Shown: piece after piece, positions 39,338-51,658 of the stretch
Layout of the letters: every line of letters starts with the position of its first letter
How positions within the stretch are numbered: position 1 is the first letter of the stretch
Assembly (NCBI GenBank): GCA_051942205.1
Contig: JAVECO010000120.1
Location: 1-64,000 of the forward strand
From: Coniocarpon cinnabarinum
Lineage: Eukaryota
Direction: 5' to 3'
Length of the DNA: 64,000 nucleotides
Notes under the pieces: model-generated
What the model saw: only the letters and a program-made list of their open reading frames with translations
Database searches by the model: none
Told to the model about the DNA's origin: nothing
Translations under genes and position numbers: made by a program

Positions 39338-40375
39338 ATGCAAGCAGCCCGCCGAGCTTCAAACTTATCCAAACACTTCAGCCCCGCAGTAGCGAAATCT
39401 GCATCACCCTCTCGAGCCAAATTCGCCACCATGGCTTCAGACTTGACCATCACCAGCACCTACCGCATGAACTCGGGCTATCATATCCCCGTCCTGGGCT
39501 ATGGCGTCTACAAGTCGCCCAAAGAAATATGCAACACCATCGTCCAGCAGGCCGTCAAAGCCGGCTATCGCCACGTCGACTCCGCTGCCGGGTACTACAA
39601 TGAAGCCGAGTGCGCTGAGGGCCTGTTGAACAGCGGCATACCCCGCGAGCAGCTTTTCTTCACCTCCAAGGTCAATCCCGGTAAAATCAACTATGCGGAC
39701 GCCAAGAAGATAATCGATGCCACGATCAAAAACATCAACGTGCCTGGAACCCAGGGTCTCAAGTATGTCGATCTAATGCTCCTGCATGCGCCTTTCGGTG
39801 GCAAAGAAAACAGACTCGGGGCATGGCAGGCGTTGGTCGAAGGCGTAGAAGAGGGCAAGATCCGCAGCATCGGCGTCAGCAACTACGGTGTGAAGCACTT
39901 GGATGAGCTCGAGAATTGGATGAAGAAGACGGAAGCAGAGAAGGGCAAAGGTAAAGGCGGCGTCTTGAGTGTGAACCAGGTGGAGCTACACCCGTGGCTG
40001 GCGCGACCAGACTTGGATGAGTGGTGTTCCAAGCGAGGCGTGCTGCTGGAAGCGTTCTCGCCGCTTGCCCGAAGCTATCGCTTGGAAGAGCCTGTGCTTG
40101 CGGAGATGGGCAAGAAGTACGGCAAGACACCGGCGCAAGTCTTGATTCGGTGGAGTTTGCAAAAGGTATGTCTGTTATCGCACAAAGCAGACATGTCCGT
40201 CGCTAACATGTGTGGGAAGGGTTCCGTGCCATTGCCCAAGTCAGTCACTCATGAGCGCATCATCGAAAACGCGGATGTCTATGATTTCAAGCTCTCGGAG
40301 GACGATATGGGTAAGCTCCATACGGGTGTTTATGAGCCGTCCGAGCCCAACTGGGATCCCACGACAGCTGAATGA
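39338..40375 (+). CDS. Aldo/keto reductase (intron 40166-40219; second in-frame ATG at 39431)
   Basis: IPVLGYGVY, GYRHVDSAAGYYNE, FFTSKV, DLMLLHAP, GKIRSIGVSNY, NQVELHPW, PLPKS. Confidence 0.94.
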   Translation: MQAARRASNLSKHFSPAVAKSASPSRAKFATMASDLTITSTYRMNSGYHIPVLGYGVYKSPKEICNTIVQQAVKAGYRHVDSAAGYYNEAECAEGLLNSGIPREQLFFTSKVNPGKINYADAKKIIDATIKNINVPGTQGLKYVDLMLLHAPFGGKENRLGAWQALVEGVEEGKIRSIGVSNYGVKHLDELENWMKKTEAEKGKGKGGVLSVNQVELHPWLARPDLDEWCSKRGVLLEAFSPLARSYRLEEPVLAEMGKKYGKTPAQVLIRWSLQKVCLLSHKADMSVANMCGKGSVPLPKSVTHERIIENADVYDFKLSEDDMGKLHTGVYEPSEPNWDPTTAE

Positions 40376-40525
40376 AACGCTTAAAACGCTAAGCAACCCT
40401 CTGACCGTCGTCTATAAGAAGCATTAGGGCGGAGTTCCTGCAAAGCGCTGTAAACGAGCGCGGTATTACCAGTGCTGCTAGCTGCTTCACCAGTGGAATT
40501 TTAGATTAGCTGTACAGCATTAAAA

Positions 40526-42891
40526 TTACCAGTCGTCTTTATCGTCCTCGTCATCTGCTTCAATTAGTACGCTGTGCCACACGACCTTTAGGAGCTGACT
40601 TACCACTGGTGCTAACTTTTGATTTCCTGGCCGCCAGCGCACTTGCCAAAGCTCCTGCAAGACCACCTTGATCGCCTCCGCCACCAGGAGGCGCAGTACC
40701 TCCAGAAGCAGCAGCAGCACCACCTCCCCCACCGCCACCCACGGCGGCAGCGCTACGGTCCCTTTTCTCAGAATCGCTCACCTTCTTGAGTCTTGCACCG
40801 CCACGGATGTCAGCCATCAGAGTACCACGGCCACCACCGTTACTAGGGAGACTTGGTGCATTTGCCGTTGCTGCATCAAGGTCGTCACTATTGCCGGGCA
40901 TGGCGGGCGGAGGCGGTGGTCCTGAGGCGGAGGGCGTTGGTGGAGGAGGCGGTGGTCCTGAGGTGGAGGGCATCGGTGGCGGTGGTGGACCAGAACTCTT
41001 GGGCATCGGCGGCGGCGGCGGAGGACCGTCTGATGATGGCATAGGAGGCGGTGGAGGTGGGCCAGAGCTCTTAGGCATAGGTGGAGGCGGGGGAGGTCCG
41101 CCAGTGGACGGCATTGGCGGTGGTGGCGGCGGCCCTGAACTGGATGGCATTGGAGGAGGTGGAGGAGGCGCACTGCTTGGCTGTGGCGAGTGAGACGGAC
41201 GCGGTGGAGCAGGCGGCTCTGCACTTGGCTGCCTCGAATGTGCGGTCGGAGGGACTGGAGGAACTTCTCGACTCGTGTCTCGTGAGTGTGAACTACGGGG
41301 AGGCGGCTGGGGACTCGTGCGAATAGCTCTAGTAGGCGGGAGAGGTGGAGGAGCTGGAGAAGCGCTCAGAGACGCGGCTGCATCGTACCGGTAAGGGTCG
41401 TATTCATCATCGTCTCCACTGGCTGAAACGTGGGATTGTCTATTTGGAAGCGGGGGTCCAGCTTGCGATGAAGCCCGATCTCTGCTCGGTGGGAGAGGAG
41501 GCGGAATGGCTTTCTGAGTGTCTCTGCTGGGTAGCCGTGCAGCTTCGGTATTGTGAGGCACCTTGGGAGGTAGAGGAGGCGCTGGTGCAGCAGCAGGGGC
41601 TGCGCCACTGTCCCTCGGAGGCGGTGGAGGAGGACCAGAGCTTCGAGAAGGCAATTCAGGCCCGGAGCTGCGAGCTGGAGGACGTGGTGGTGGCGCACTA
41701 CGATCTCCTGCGAACGGTGGCGGAACCCCAAATTTTGGTCCGGACGTGTCAGAATCTTCTATAGGTGTTTTAGCAGGGCGTGGAGGAGGTGGTGGACCTG
41801 TGGATGCTGCATTGGAGGCACCCCGAGCCCTCGAAGGTAATGATGGCGGCTTCTTAGAGTCCTCGGCGAATTTGCCTGCATCCACGAGCGGTGGCGGAGC
41901 CTTAAAATTCCACTTTTTGGGCCCACCGTTTGCTGCCGGAGAACCATCTCTGGCCGGACTTGGAGAAGCTTGCCTGTCATTCGGATCAGGACGAGTCCCT
42001 CTCCTTGCTGGCGGTGGCGCCGGTGCGGGTCCCCGTTTAGTCCCACTGCCACTATGCTGAGGACTAATTTCTGGTGGTGGAGGTGGAGGAGGCTTCTGTT
42101 TGGTTTCGCTGGGAGCCGAGCTCGCCTGTTTTGAGTCTATCCACGATTGAATGAAGTCGGCATTCTGCGCGAGCTGATCCTCTGTAATACCCATTGCCAG
42201 CAGCTCGTCGAGTAAACCAGGATTGATGTCATTGAGGGGCGATGCAGTCGTGTCGTTCTCTGGTGATTTGATGCGCGTGGGATTGGAGGGTATAATCGAC
42301 TGAGGTTGCTGCTGCGGTATTGATGATGGGCGATCTCTATGCAAGAGGCTCCCAAATCCCCCTAAACGGCTGTGCGACTTGCTTGTCCCATTGGACATTG
42401 CGTTTCCACCATTTTGTCCAGCGGCATTGACGAACGGTCTGGCCTTGGTGTTCTTGTGCGCATTCTTTTCTCGCTCGTCCATTTTCTGTTTAAATTTTTT
42501 GGCTTCCTTGTCGGACGCAAATGATAGTCCCGCCATGCAATCCTCTAATTCGAAGCTGTGAAAGAACACCCGATCTTGATTGTACTGGAAGGTATCATAA
42601 ATCTCTTGGTCCCAAATTACACCACGATTGGCAGGCTGTCCTTGATCAGCACGAGCGCGTCTGATTCGTATTTGTAGTACATACTGATAGGTCCACGAGC
42701 TTGATCCAGAATGTATTGCCGACCAAGTCGTTTGCAAGGACCGCCGCTCCTTGAAGTCCAGTGAAGGACCATCTTTGCCGATTTGGATGGGCGACGTAGA
42801 GTTTTGCGACACCTGCTGCGAGGATCTTATTCGACTGCTTGGGGACAGTCCTCTTGACCGTCTGTCGGTCATTGCCCTCTATGAGGGACAT
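40526..42891 (-). CDS. wsp1: WASP-family actin nucleation-promoting factor Wsp1/Las17 (exons 42891-42685, 42635-40604, 40554-40526)
   Basis: WH1 domain (VKRTVPKQSNKI...VAKLYVAHP...GVIWDQEIY...FFHSFELE), long polyproline region, WH2 GRGTLMADIRGGARLKKV, central GLAGALASALAARK, acidic tail DDEDDKDDW. Confidence 0.94.
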
Positions 42892-43327
42892 GACCCTCTT
42901 TCAAGCGAGTTTCCTGAAGCAGTCGGTGATCTTTTCGAAGAAGACGTGGTCAGACGCGCTGCTTGCTCCGCAGCTCGCTCCGCCTGGACCTCAACGAGAC
43001 CGCCCAGAGAACCCGATTGAGGAGTTTTCAAACAATACAGGCTAGGGTAAGAAAGTAAATAGAAAAGATCGGCATTAGCAGTTCTGGAGGCATCCGCAGT
43101 AGTCGGTCGTGCAACTGCTGAGCGAGACGTCAGTGCCAAGACCTTCAGCCACTGCGCTCGAACTACGCCACAAGAAAACGCTATAGCGGCTTTTCGGCAC
43201 CGTCAAACGTGGTTTCTGACAGTATACAACTGGCCGGTGCGTCCAGTGACTGGCGTTGACTATCTAGAGCCCAGGGAGTGGTTACTTGTCTCGCGTCATT
43301 ATTCGGATTAGGCAGACAGGCCCAAGA

Positions 43328-44365
43328 ATGACAGCGAGTGCGAAGAAGAAGAAAGACAAGAAGAAAGATTTTCAGAAGACCCAGTTAAAGGTTGGCAAAA
43401 CCAAACCAAAGCCAGCCAACTACACAGATACCAGCTTCAAGGCCAAGTCCATCGTTGTTCAGGCACAGTCACTTTCTGTAGACTCTCCAGATGCAAAGTC
43501 GTCGTTCGTGCACCATGTCTCCATGTTAAAAAGCCACTCCGATTCGCAGCGCGCAGATTCGCTAGCATTCATCACCCACGTTGTTAGCACCGAAACGGGC
43601 GCCAAAGCTCTGCCAGAGTCAGCAGCAACCCTAATTCCCAAGATACAGCCGCTGACTCTAGACCCATCATCAAAAGTTCGTCAGCAGCTTTTGAAGCTTC
43701 TCTCGCAGGTACACAGCGAGGACATTCGCGCGCACATTGACACATTCTTGCTATATCTCCACGCTGCCATGACAAATCTCCATGCTAGCATTCGCGCATA
43801 CTCGCTGGATTTTCTAGATTTGCTGCTCCGCAAAATCGGTCTAGATATGATAACTCACGCTGGGGGTTGGGTCAAAACATTGTCGTGCTTTCAAAGTCTG
43901 ATGGGATGGGAACAACCAAGAGCGACACACGGTGGATGGTCATTGCAACAAGCACCCCGAAAGCAGTTTGGAACTGACGCAAAGGCTGTGAGATCTCATG
44001 TGGAGGTGCTAAATCGATTCTTGAACACAGGCCTCAGCTCTCAGCCTCGACACAGCCAGAGCGCCGACTCATCAGACCGAGCAATCTTCCCGCTACGAAG
44101 CTCGCAGCAGCATCGCCTCCCACAGCGATCAAACGCCTTCGCATATCTAGACCTCTTTGAAGCACCACAAGATGTCGAGTCACAGAAAATGGACGATCAA
44201 GAAGACCGACGGCGTGTGTTTGTCGAGACGTTCCGCACACCCTGCCTGCAGGGGATTGATAACATGATGAGGGAGGGTGGCGAACTCGGGAGGTCGGCGG
44301 CGATGTTAAAGAGAACTGTTGAAGATGTTGGGTCGGCATATGAGCAAGATATCGAGTTTGGCTGA
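43328..44365 (+). CDS. ipi1: Pre-rRNA-processing protein Ipi1 (Rix1 complex)
   Basis: MTASAKKKKDKKKDFQKTQLKVGKTKPKPANYTDTSFKAKSI signature, HEAT-like helices, GGWVKTL, EGGELGR. Confidence 0.92.
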   Translation: MTASAKKKKDKKKDFQKTQLKVGKTKPKPANYTDTSFKAKSIVVQAQSLSVDSPDAKSSFVHHVSMLKSHSDSQRADSLAFITHVVSTETGAKALPESAATLIPKIQPLTLDPSSKVRQQLLKLLSQVHSEDIRAHIDTFLLYLHAAMTNLHASIRAYSLDFLDLLLRKIGLDMITHAGGWVKTLSCFQSLMGWEQPRATHGGWSLQQAPRKQFGTDAKAVRSHVEVLNRFLNTGLSSQPRHSQSADSSDRAIFPLRSSQQHRLPQRSNAFAYLDLFEAPQDVESQKMDDQEDRRRVFVETFRTPCLQGIDNMMREGGELGRSAAMLKRTVEDVGSAYEQDIEFG

Positions 44366-44610
44366 AAATGTCATTGGCCTCGTGCGTCTGCAAAAGAAGC
44401 GACTTCTCCATGCAGAATTCAAGTGCATTCAGTCCCGACCGACATGCACAGAGATATCGAGGTAATTCATTCTCGAGCTTAGTACCTCACCAACGAGGAT
44501 CAGCTGATATTGCAGTTACATCTATTCAGACACAGCATGGCATTACTGCCGCGCGAGAGAGTGCCAGCGCAGACCGCATGCAAGTGACAGACCTCACTAC
44601 AGTTGGCATT

Positions 44611-45292
44611 TCAGAGCTTAGCTCGTGGCTGCTGTTGCTCTAAGGCACCACTCAACGCGGAGACGCCAGCTTCAGCAACTTGACGATCTTGATCTGGTGT
44701 GCCGGTCGAGCACCCTATGATCATACAAGTCAGTACGATATCACTTGAATTATCTAAAGTCACTGCACAGCACCGCGCTTTGGGTCCACAGTTGGGCAGT
44801 AGTTGTCACAGCCTATCAATGTTAAGAGACATGGCCGTCACTCACCAACAGCACCCAGAACCCGCTTCTGTTCGTCTAGCACAGGCAATCCACCTCCAAT
44901 GACCATGAAACGGCCTCCGTTACTTAGATTGATTCCATATGCTGCGCCACCAGGCCACACGGCTTCCTTATAATTATGCGTTGGCACTCTATGACCCGCC
45001 GCCGTAAAGGCTTTACTATTAGATTCATCGTTAACCCGGAAGACTACAGAGCAAGAGAGGGTGACAACATTGCTTACTTGATAGCGATATCAATTGATGT
45101 CAGCTTTGCGCCAGGCATTCGTGCGAAGGACAGTAGATGAAGCGTGGAATCCACAACAGCAATATTCATTGGGATTCCTAACTCAGCGGCCTTACGCTCG
45201 CACGCCTCTGTGGCGCAGCGGGCAGCATGGAGTGTAAGATTGGGGTCATTTCTCGTGAGCGATGGAGAGCCCGTCTTGTAAGACGTTGCCAT
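44611..45292 (-). CDS. GlcG/HbpS-like (DUF336) putative heme-binding protein with C-terminal AKL (exons 45292-45078, 45015-44846, 44714-44611)
   Basis: PMNIAVVD...FARMPGAKLTSIDIAI|NKAFTAAGHR...GGGLPV...VLGAVG|CSTGTPDQDRQVAEAG, ends QQPRAKL*. Confidence 0.88.
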
Positions 45293-45851
45293 AGCCGGAA
45301 TGCTTGTGCCCGACAAGTCTGATACTATGGTCGAATTTCGCGGCTGACCTCTGACCTGTCCCAAGTAGAAGTGTCTTGTTAACGGCAAATGACCTCTATA
45401 GTAGCCTCATGAAGCAGAGTCCCATGTTTAGGTACCTTTTGAGTACCTTAGCCGAGACTCTTCGGGTAAAGCTCAAATGACGTAGATAATGATTTGCTCT
45501 CGTTGGTTGAGGTTCTTAACGACCAAATGCAGGAAATCAATAGCTATCGTAGGCTTACACGCAGGGCGCATAGCAATCTCAATCTTATCGCTGGGCCAAA
45601 CACGTCCTCATAGGGAATGTTTCTAGATGGCCACGGATTTGAGACTACTGCATGACTCATGGATATGCACAGGGTAGATAATATTCACTGCTGGTAGTCC
45701 CACGTACGCGTCGATATCATTGGCATGATCAACCCAGCATTCTGTGAAATAAGTGAAAGCCTTTGATAGCATTGTCCAAGGGCAATGCGTTCTCGCTAGC
45801 AACGTGCATATATGATATCCTGATGTTTCTTCGAGCTCGAATCAAGAATCC

Positions 45852-48757
45852 ATGGCTGAGAAAGCCCCCGTGAAGGTCTCGCTACCATTGGTGAGCCGCT
45901 CATGAGATTGTACACATTACAAAGACCGAGTCCGCATTCTAACGCAGTCTAGGATTATCAACAAGATTTATTCAACGAGCTTTTTGGAGAAGATGAGCTC
46001 GTCATCATTGCAAGGGGGCTGGGTCTTTTGAAGATCGTTTCCAACCTTCTGCACGCATACGATGCTGCTGGAAACAATCTCGTCATAGTCGTTGGGGCGG
46101 ATGAAAGAGAAAATGACTGGTTAGGAGAGTCCTTGGCGGAGCAGGCAGCTGTCAGCAACGTACCAAAATGTCGTGGGCTTACATTGGTCCAGACGGAGCT
46201 GATGACTGTTGGTACAAGAGAAGAGTACTACAAGCGTGGCGGCGTGTTCAGCATCACATCCAGGATTCTGATCGTGGACTTGCTCTCGGGTCTGTTGGAT
46301 CCGGCGAGCGTGACGGGCGTCATTGTCATGCATGCCGATAGAGTCATTGCGACTTCCACAGAAGCCTTTATCCTGCGAATTTACCGCCAGAAGAACAAGA
46401 CCGGCTTCCTCAAAGCCTTTTCTGATATTCCGGAACCATTCACGACTGGGTTTGCGCCGCTCGCGAATATGATGAGGAACATGTTTCTCAGAAGACCCGC
46501 ACTTTGGCCGCGCTTCCATGTCACCGTTGCAAAGTCACTCGAAGGAAAGAAGAAAGCCGAGGTGATTGAGTTAGAAGTTCCGATGACCGAAAGCATGAAG
46601 GACATCCAGCAGGCTGTCTTAGAGTGTGTTGAGGTCAGCGTTGGCGAGCTGAAGAAGGCGAATGCTGGTCTCGAAATGGACGATTGGAACCTCGATAGCG
46701 CTCTGCATCGCAACTTTGATCAGATGGTCCGTAGACAACTAGACCCACAGTGGCATCGAACGAGTTTTCGCACGCGACAGATTGTCCGAGACCTGACGGG
46801 TCTTCGTCAAATTCTGTCATATTTGCTCACTAACGACGCTGTTGGTTTCAACAAATATCTCGACACAGTTCTCGCCAGTTCCACGCCCCCACCTGGATCG
46901 ACCAGGCAGAATCAGTCGCCTTGGCTGTTCCTTGACGCTGCCACCACGCTCTTTGAGACAGCTAAGCGTCGTGTGTACACGGGGCGTATCACAGAGAAGG
47001 CAACATCGCAAGGCGCGGCGGAAATACCAGACACTTTGCGTCCTGTTTTGGAAGCACTTCCGAAGTGGAGTGTGCTTTCTGAGGTGTTGCAAGAGATTGA
47101 GCAAGACATTTACTTCAACCCAACCATCGCGGACGGTTCCAATGGCACTATCCTGATTATGGCGAGCGACCAGCAGATTTGCAGGCAGCTTCGAGAGTAT
47201 TTGCAGACGATGTATGTACAAGGTGGTGACGAGACTGATGGAACAGATGAAGAAGCGGATCAAGCAGAGCCATCCCAAAAACCATCCGCCGCTTTCATGA
47301 TGCGTCGGAAGCTTCGAAATTATCTGGTGTGGCGCAAAGAATTTGCCAAGGTCAGTGCGGCACTGTTCTCTGAGAATGAGAAGAGCATCAATGGCCAGGC
47401 TGGCTCTCGCAACGCCAGCAGCGCTCGCGGTAGAGCACCACCTAACAAGCGACGACGAGTTCGGGGAGGGTCTGCAGCCGCGACAAATGGCTCGACTCGT
47501 GCCGCCAACGGCACTGTTAGCTTGGCCGGAGATCGTGATGCACACATCGCAAGTCTGATAAATGATCTACAACCAAACGATCAAGAGGCCGAAGTCAAGC
47601 CCGAGATTGCCACCGATCCTCTTGAAAAGCTGGACATGGAAGAATCGTATGCCTTACTCGACATGCAGGACCTTGTCGTCGTACATCCTTATGACGGCGA
47701 TCGAGACGACATTGTACTGGAAGAGGTCAAACCTCGCTACATCATCATGTATGAGCCAGATCCGGCCTTCATCAGACGGGTCGAGGTGTATCGCAGTTCC
47801 CACACAGACAGAAGCGTGCGCGTTTACTTCCTATACTACAAGGACTCGGTTGAAGAACGCAAATTCCTCAGCCAACTCCGGAGAGAGAAGGATGCCTTCA
47901 CTCAGCTTATCCGAGAGCGGAGCACGATGACCGTCACCTTGACGACAGATGCACATGGGATCGAGGATCCGCAAGAGCAATTCCTCCGCACAGTCAATAC
48001 CCGAATAGCTGGCGGCGGTCGACTCGCAGCGACGGCGGCCCCTCCACGCGTGGTCGTGGATGTACGTGAGTTCCGATCATCGCTACCGTCGCTGTTACAC
48101 GGTCGGAATATGGAGACGATACCGTGCATGCTTACTGTGGGAGACTATGTTCTCACACCTGACATCTGCGTTGAGCGAAAGTCTGTGAAAGATCTCATCT
48201 CCTCTTTCAAAGACGGACGACTCTACGACCAGGCAGAGACCATGTTGCATCACTACAAAGCACCGATGTTGTTGATTGAATTTGATCAAAACAAAGCTTT
48301 CACTTTGGAGCCGTTCGCAGACCTGACTGCAGGAGGGGTCTCTTCCATTGCCAGTCTGGATCCGAAAGCATCGAATGATCTACAGTCCAAACTTGTGCTG
48401 CTGACACTGGCCTTTCCTCGTCTGCGCATCATCTGGTCTTCCTCGCCGTATCAGACGGCCGAGATCTTTGAAGAGCTCAAGAAACAGCAGGACGCGCCCG
48501 ACCCCTTGCGCGCAGTACAGATTGGACTAGAGGCGGGAGAGGACGCGGAGCAGCGCAGCTTCAGTCAAGCACCGCAAGACATGCTCAGGGTGCTGCCGGG
48601 GATCGACGCCAAGAACCTGCACAACATTATGCTGGATGTAGAAAGCGTGCACGCGTTGGCCAACATGGACGCGGCAGAGCTGGAGCCGCTGGTAGGCCGG
48701 GAGAGCGGCAGACAGATTGCGCGGTTCTTCAACCGTAGTGTGTTTGAGGACGAATGA
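45852..48757 (+). CDS. rad1: XPF structure-specific endonuclease (Rad1/Rad16/Mei-9); intron 45891-45952
   Basis: N-terminal helicase-like domain (ITSRILIVDLL, EAFILRIYR, GFLKAFSD), nuclease VVDVREFRS...VGDYVL...VERKS, IWSSSP, C-terminal HhH. Confidence 0.96.
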
Positions 48758-49184
48758 TTACTGGATGTGGCGAGGGGAGGGTGCGCGAGAGTGCTACAGT
48801 GCATCGACGCACGCGCCTCGTTACTATTCTTGCTCCGTAGACGTTGCACGAAAGGAAGAGGTGCTTGAGAAGAGCGAATAGTGAGTCGTGGATGCACGAC
48901 GATCGTCGCCAGGTTGCTTGCACGTGCATGTAGGGCATGGAATGGCGGTGAGGGCTGCTGGAGTCGTCGAGGCACCTTACGTGGCATTTGTCGCCGAGTA
49001 GGTAGAGTGCCACGTTAAGGCAAAGGGTGTCAGGACACGTGACGTGAAATACATTCGGCGTGCGTCTTCTTATTTCTCCACGGCGACGCCTTTCCTCTTT
49101 CACTCATCCTCCATTCCTCTTCCAGAACCCGCGCCATCGCCGTATTGAGAGAATCACAAGCGTCGACATCCTCTTCTTCTTCAG

Positions 49185-49754
49185 GTAAGCCGACGCACAT
49201 CATCACGCCCACCGCCCTTCACCCATCTCGCATCAGCACTCTCGAAGCCCGATGACTCCTCCGCTGCTCGGTCGGGTCCATGGGCCAGTATTCGCCTCAG
49301 CATCAGCATCATGCAGCACACAGTGGCCCATCTGGCGCACTTGGCAGGACGCGGCCCAGCGAGGAGCCCGCCCGACCAACCACAGCGCTTTCCCCACTTC
49401 GGCCATCACCCGCAAGGGCCGCCTCTCCCCTTCTTCCCTTCTCTCCTCCCACTTGGCTCCCTCCAAAGTCACGCCAGTCCCGCCCTTCGCTGACAGTCCG
49501 TCCTTCTAGCCCCCAACCCCCAGCAGCCTCTTGGCCCTCTGTACGCTTCCAGCCAGTATTTTCCCTTCTCCCCTTTGCGCAAGCCCCCGTTCCCCTCAAA
49601 GTCTAGCGCTTTCCCCTTTCACATTCCTCATCAGCAACACCGTCGCGTTCTTCGTGCTCGTCGAAGCTCCTCCATTTCCTGGCAATATCACCGACTTCCC
49701 CTCTCGTGGCCTGCTCGCGACCCCAATACGACTGACGCTTCTCCTTCGCGTTAG
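49185..49754 (+). other. Probable 570-nt 5'-UTR intron of MCM1
   Basis: Donor CAG|GTAAGC at 49185, branch ACTGAC at 49731-49736, pyrimidine tract and TTAG acceptor at 49754. Confidence 0.55.
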
Positions 49755-49912
49755 ATCCTCCTGACGCGTCTGTGGTCCCACGCAAATTCCCCAAGCAGCC
49801 ATCCTGCGTGTGTTTGGCTTGGCAGTCGTCTCCTGCCAGGTCTTTGCACGATCACCGCTTCCAGTAATCCTCTAACCTCCTCCAACGCCCCTACCAACAT
49901 CGGACAAGCGTG

Positions 49913-50721
49913 ATGGCAGATCTCGCCGACCACGATCCACAGACTCCCGGTCAGGACGACCAGGCTGCTGCCAATGCTGCCGCTGCCCTCGACTCCTCCA
50001 GAGCGCAAAAGCGTCGCGCGACCGAGGATGACGATGACGACGACGAGAAGCCCGGCCGCGAGCGCCGCAAGATTGACATCAAGTTCATCACCGACAAGTC
50101 GCGACGACATATTACATTCTCCAAGCGCAAAGCCGGCATCATGAAGAAGGTGAGCATCGAACTTATTATGAACATGGACAGCGCGTTGCGCGCGTCGTGC
50201 TACGACGACATGCGCTCGTTGCCTGTAACACGCGCCACGCTTGCTGACGCGCTTCGAACCAGGCGTACGAACTATCCGTTTTGACCGGAACCCAAGTTTT
50301 GCTCCTGGTCGTGTCAGAGACAGGACTCGTGTACACATTCACCACTCCCAAACTGCAGCCTCTGGTGACGAAGCCCGAGGGCAAGAATCTTATCCAGGTA
50401 CGCGTCCCACGCGCGCATGTCAACAACAATGCCATGATGCTAACATTCCCCACACAGCACTGCTTAAATGCTCCTTCCCCGACTGGCGAATCCAATGGCC
50501 TTGATGACGGCGGGCCCCCCGTCGACTCGCCGGAAGACAACCCTGCTCAGATCCCTCAGCAGCCTGGCATGGGTCCCCGGCAGACCCCCATGCCACCCGG
50601 TTACGCCATGCCCCAGGACTCCATGGCGCAGTACAACTACTTGGCTCACGCACAAGCTCAAAACCAAGGCGGGCAATACCCCATCCCGCCGCAGGCGCAG
50701 ATGCCTCAGCATCATAGATAG
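49913..50721 (+). CDS. mcm1: SRF-type MADS-box transcription factor Mcm1 (exons 49913-50149, 50263-50397, 50458-50721)
   Basis: ERRKIDIKFITDKSRRHITFSKRKAGIMKK|AYELSVLTGTQVLLLVVSETGLVYTFTTPKLQPLVTKPEGKNLIQ|HCLNAP. Confidence 0.97.
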
Positions 50722-51658
50722 GCGCTGGGGCTCGGAGGCGGACATGCATGACGAGCGGCGTCTGGAGCGTTTGCGCGCCAAGGGTTGGCAGACGCCCATG
50801 AGCGGGAAACTAGGTGAACGGCGAACAGTGTGTGGGGAGCAATGAGGACTGGCGGGTGAGTTATATGGGGACATTGGCAGAGCGCGACAGCTGCAGCAAG
50901 GCGAGTGGAGTGGCCTTGTGTGCACGTCGGGACTGGTCAGCTCTCAGACCAATGCTCACGAGGTTCTGTTTTCTATTCTACTATGCGGCAAGACTACCTA
51001 CCTACCTATCCAATCCAATCGGTGTATATTGTATGATCTCATTGAAACGAATTCCCCATGTGCAGGACGCCGCTGCCCGCCTGTTCCCTGCGCGAAGCTG
51101 CACGGCATCTGTGATCGCTGGCGAGCGACGCTGGAGCGGTCAATGGCCCTTGAGTCGGGGGTTTGCTGGGCCCCTGTCTTGTGCGATATCAGCGGTCTGC
51201 TGATCGGCGCGCCTGTTACACAATCCAGCTCTCGTTTGAGAATTGTGTGACATTTTCTGAAATGCGCTCCTATCCCTCTCCCAACTCGCATCCGACCTCC
51301 CAATCTGCAGCCTACCTATCTTATCCATATTTGCTCGTCCTGAGCTTGGGAGATTAACTGCGGCTGCCGTTGCTGCCTACCTAGCTCCCTATATTTATTT
51401 CATCGCGCACTTTCGCGCCTACCTGCCGCAGCCTCGTACTTCATGGGTCGCTCGGTGGCTTCCATAACAGAGCTTCAGTCCACCGCTTCCACTAACTTCC
51501 AGGCGTAAGTCGTCTCTTCGGCGCTGCCTCTCGCAAGGCGTGAACAAACTACAAGTCTGACTACTCCCGTCATATCTAGGTCATTCGAAACGCACTTCAC
51601 GAGCCAAGAGCATGCATTGTAGTTGCTCGACCAACTGCACTGCCTGTTGAACAATAAG

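Noticed and set aside
40786..42060. Gly-rich plus-strand ORFs and periodic repeats
   Set aside because: Antisense shadows of the WASP polyproline region.
44715..44845. Possible nested intron (stwintron) in the DUF336 gene (internal TTAAC...ATAG)
   Set aside because: Removing the internal part does not reconstitute a GT donor; a single 131-nt intron explains the frame.
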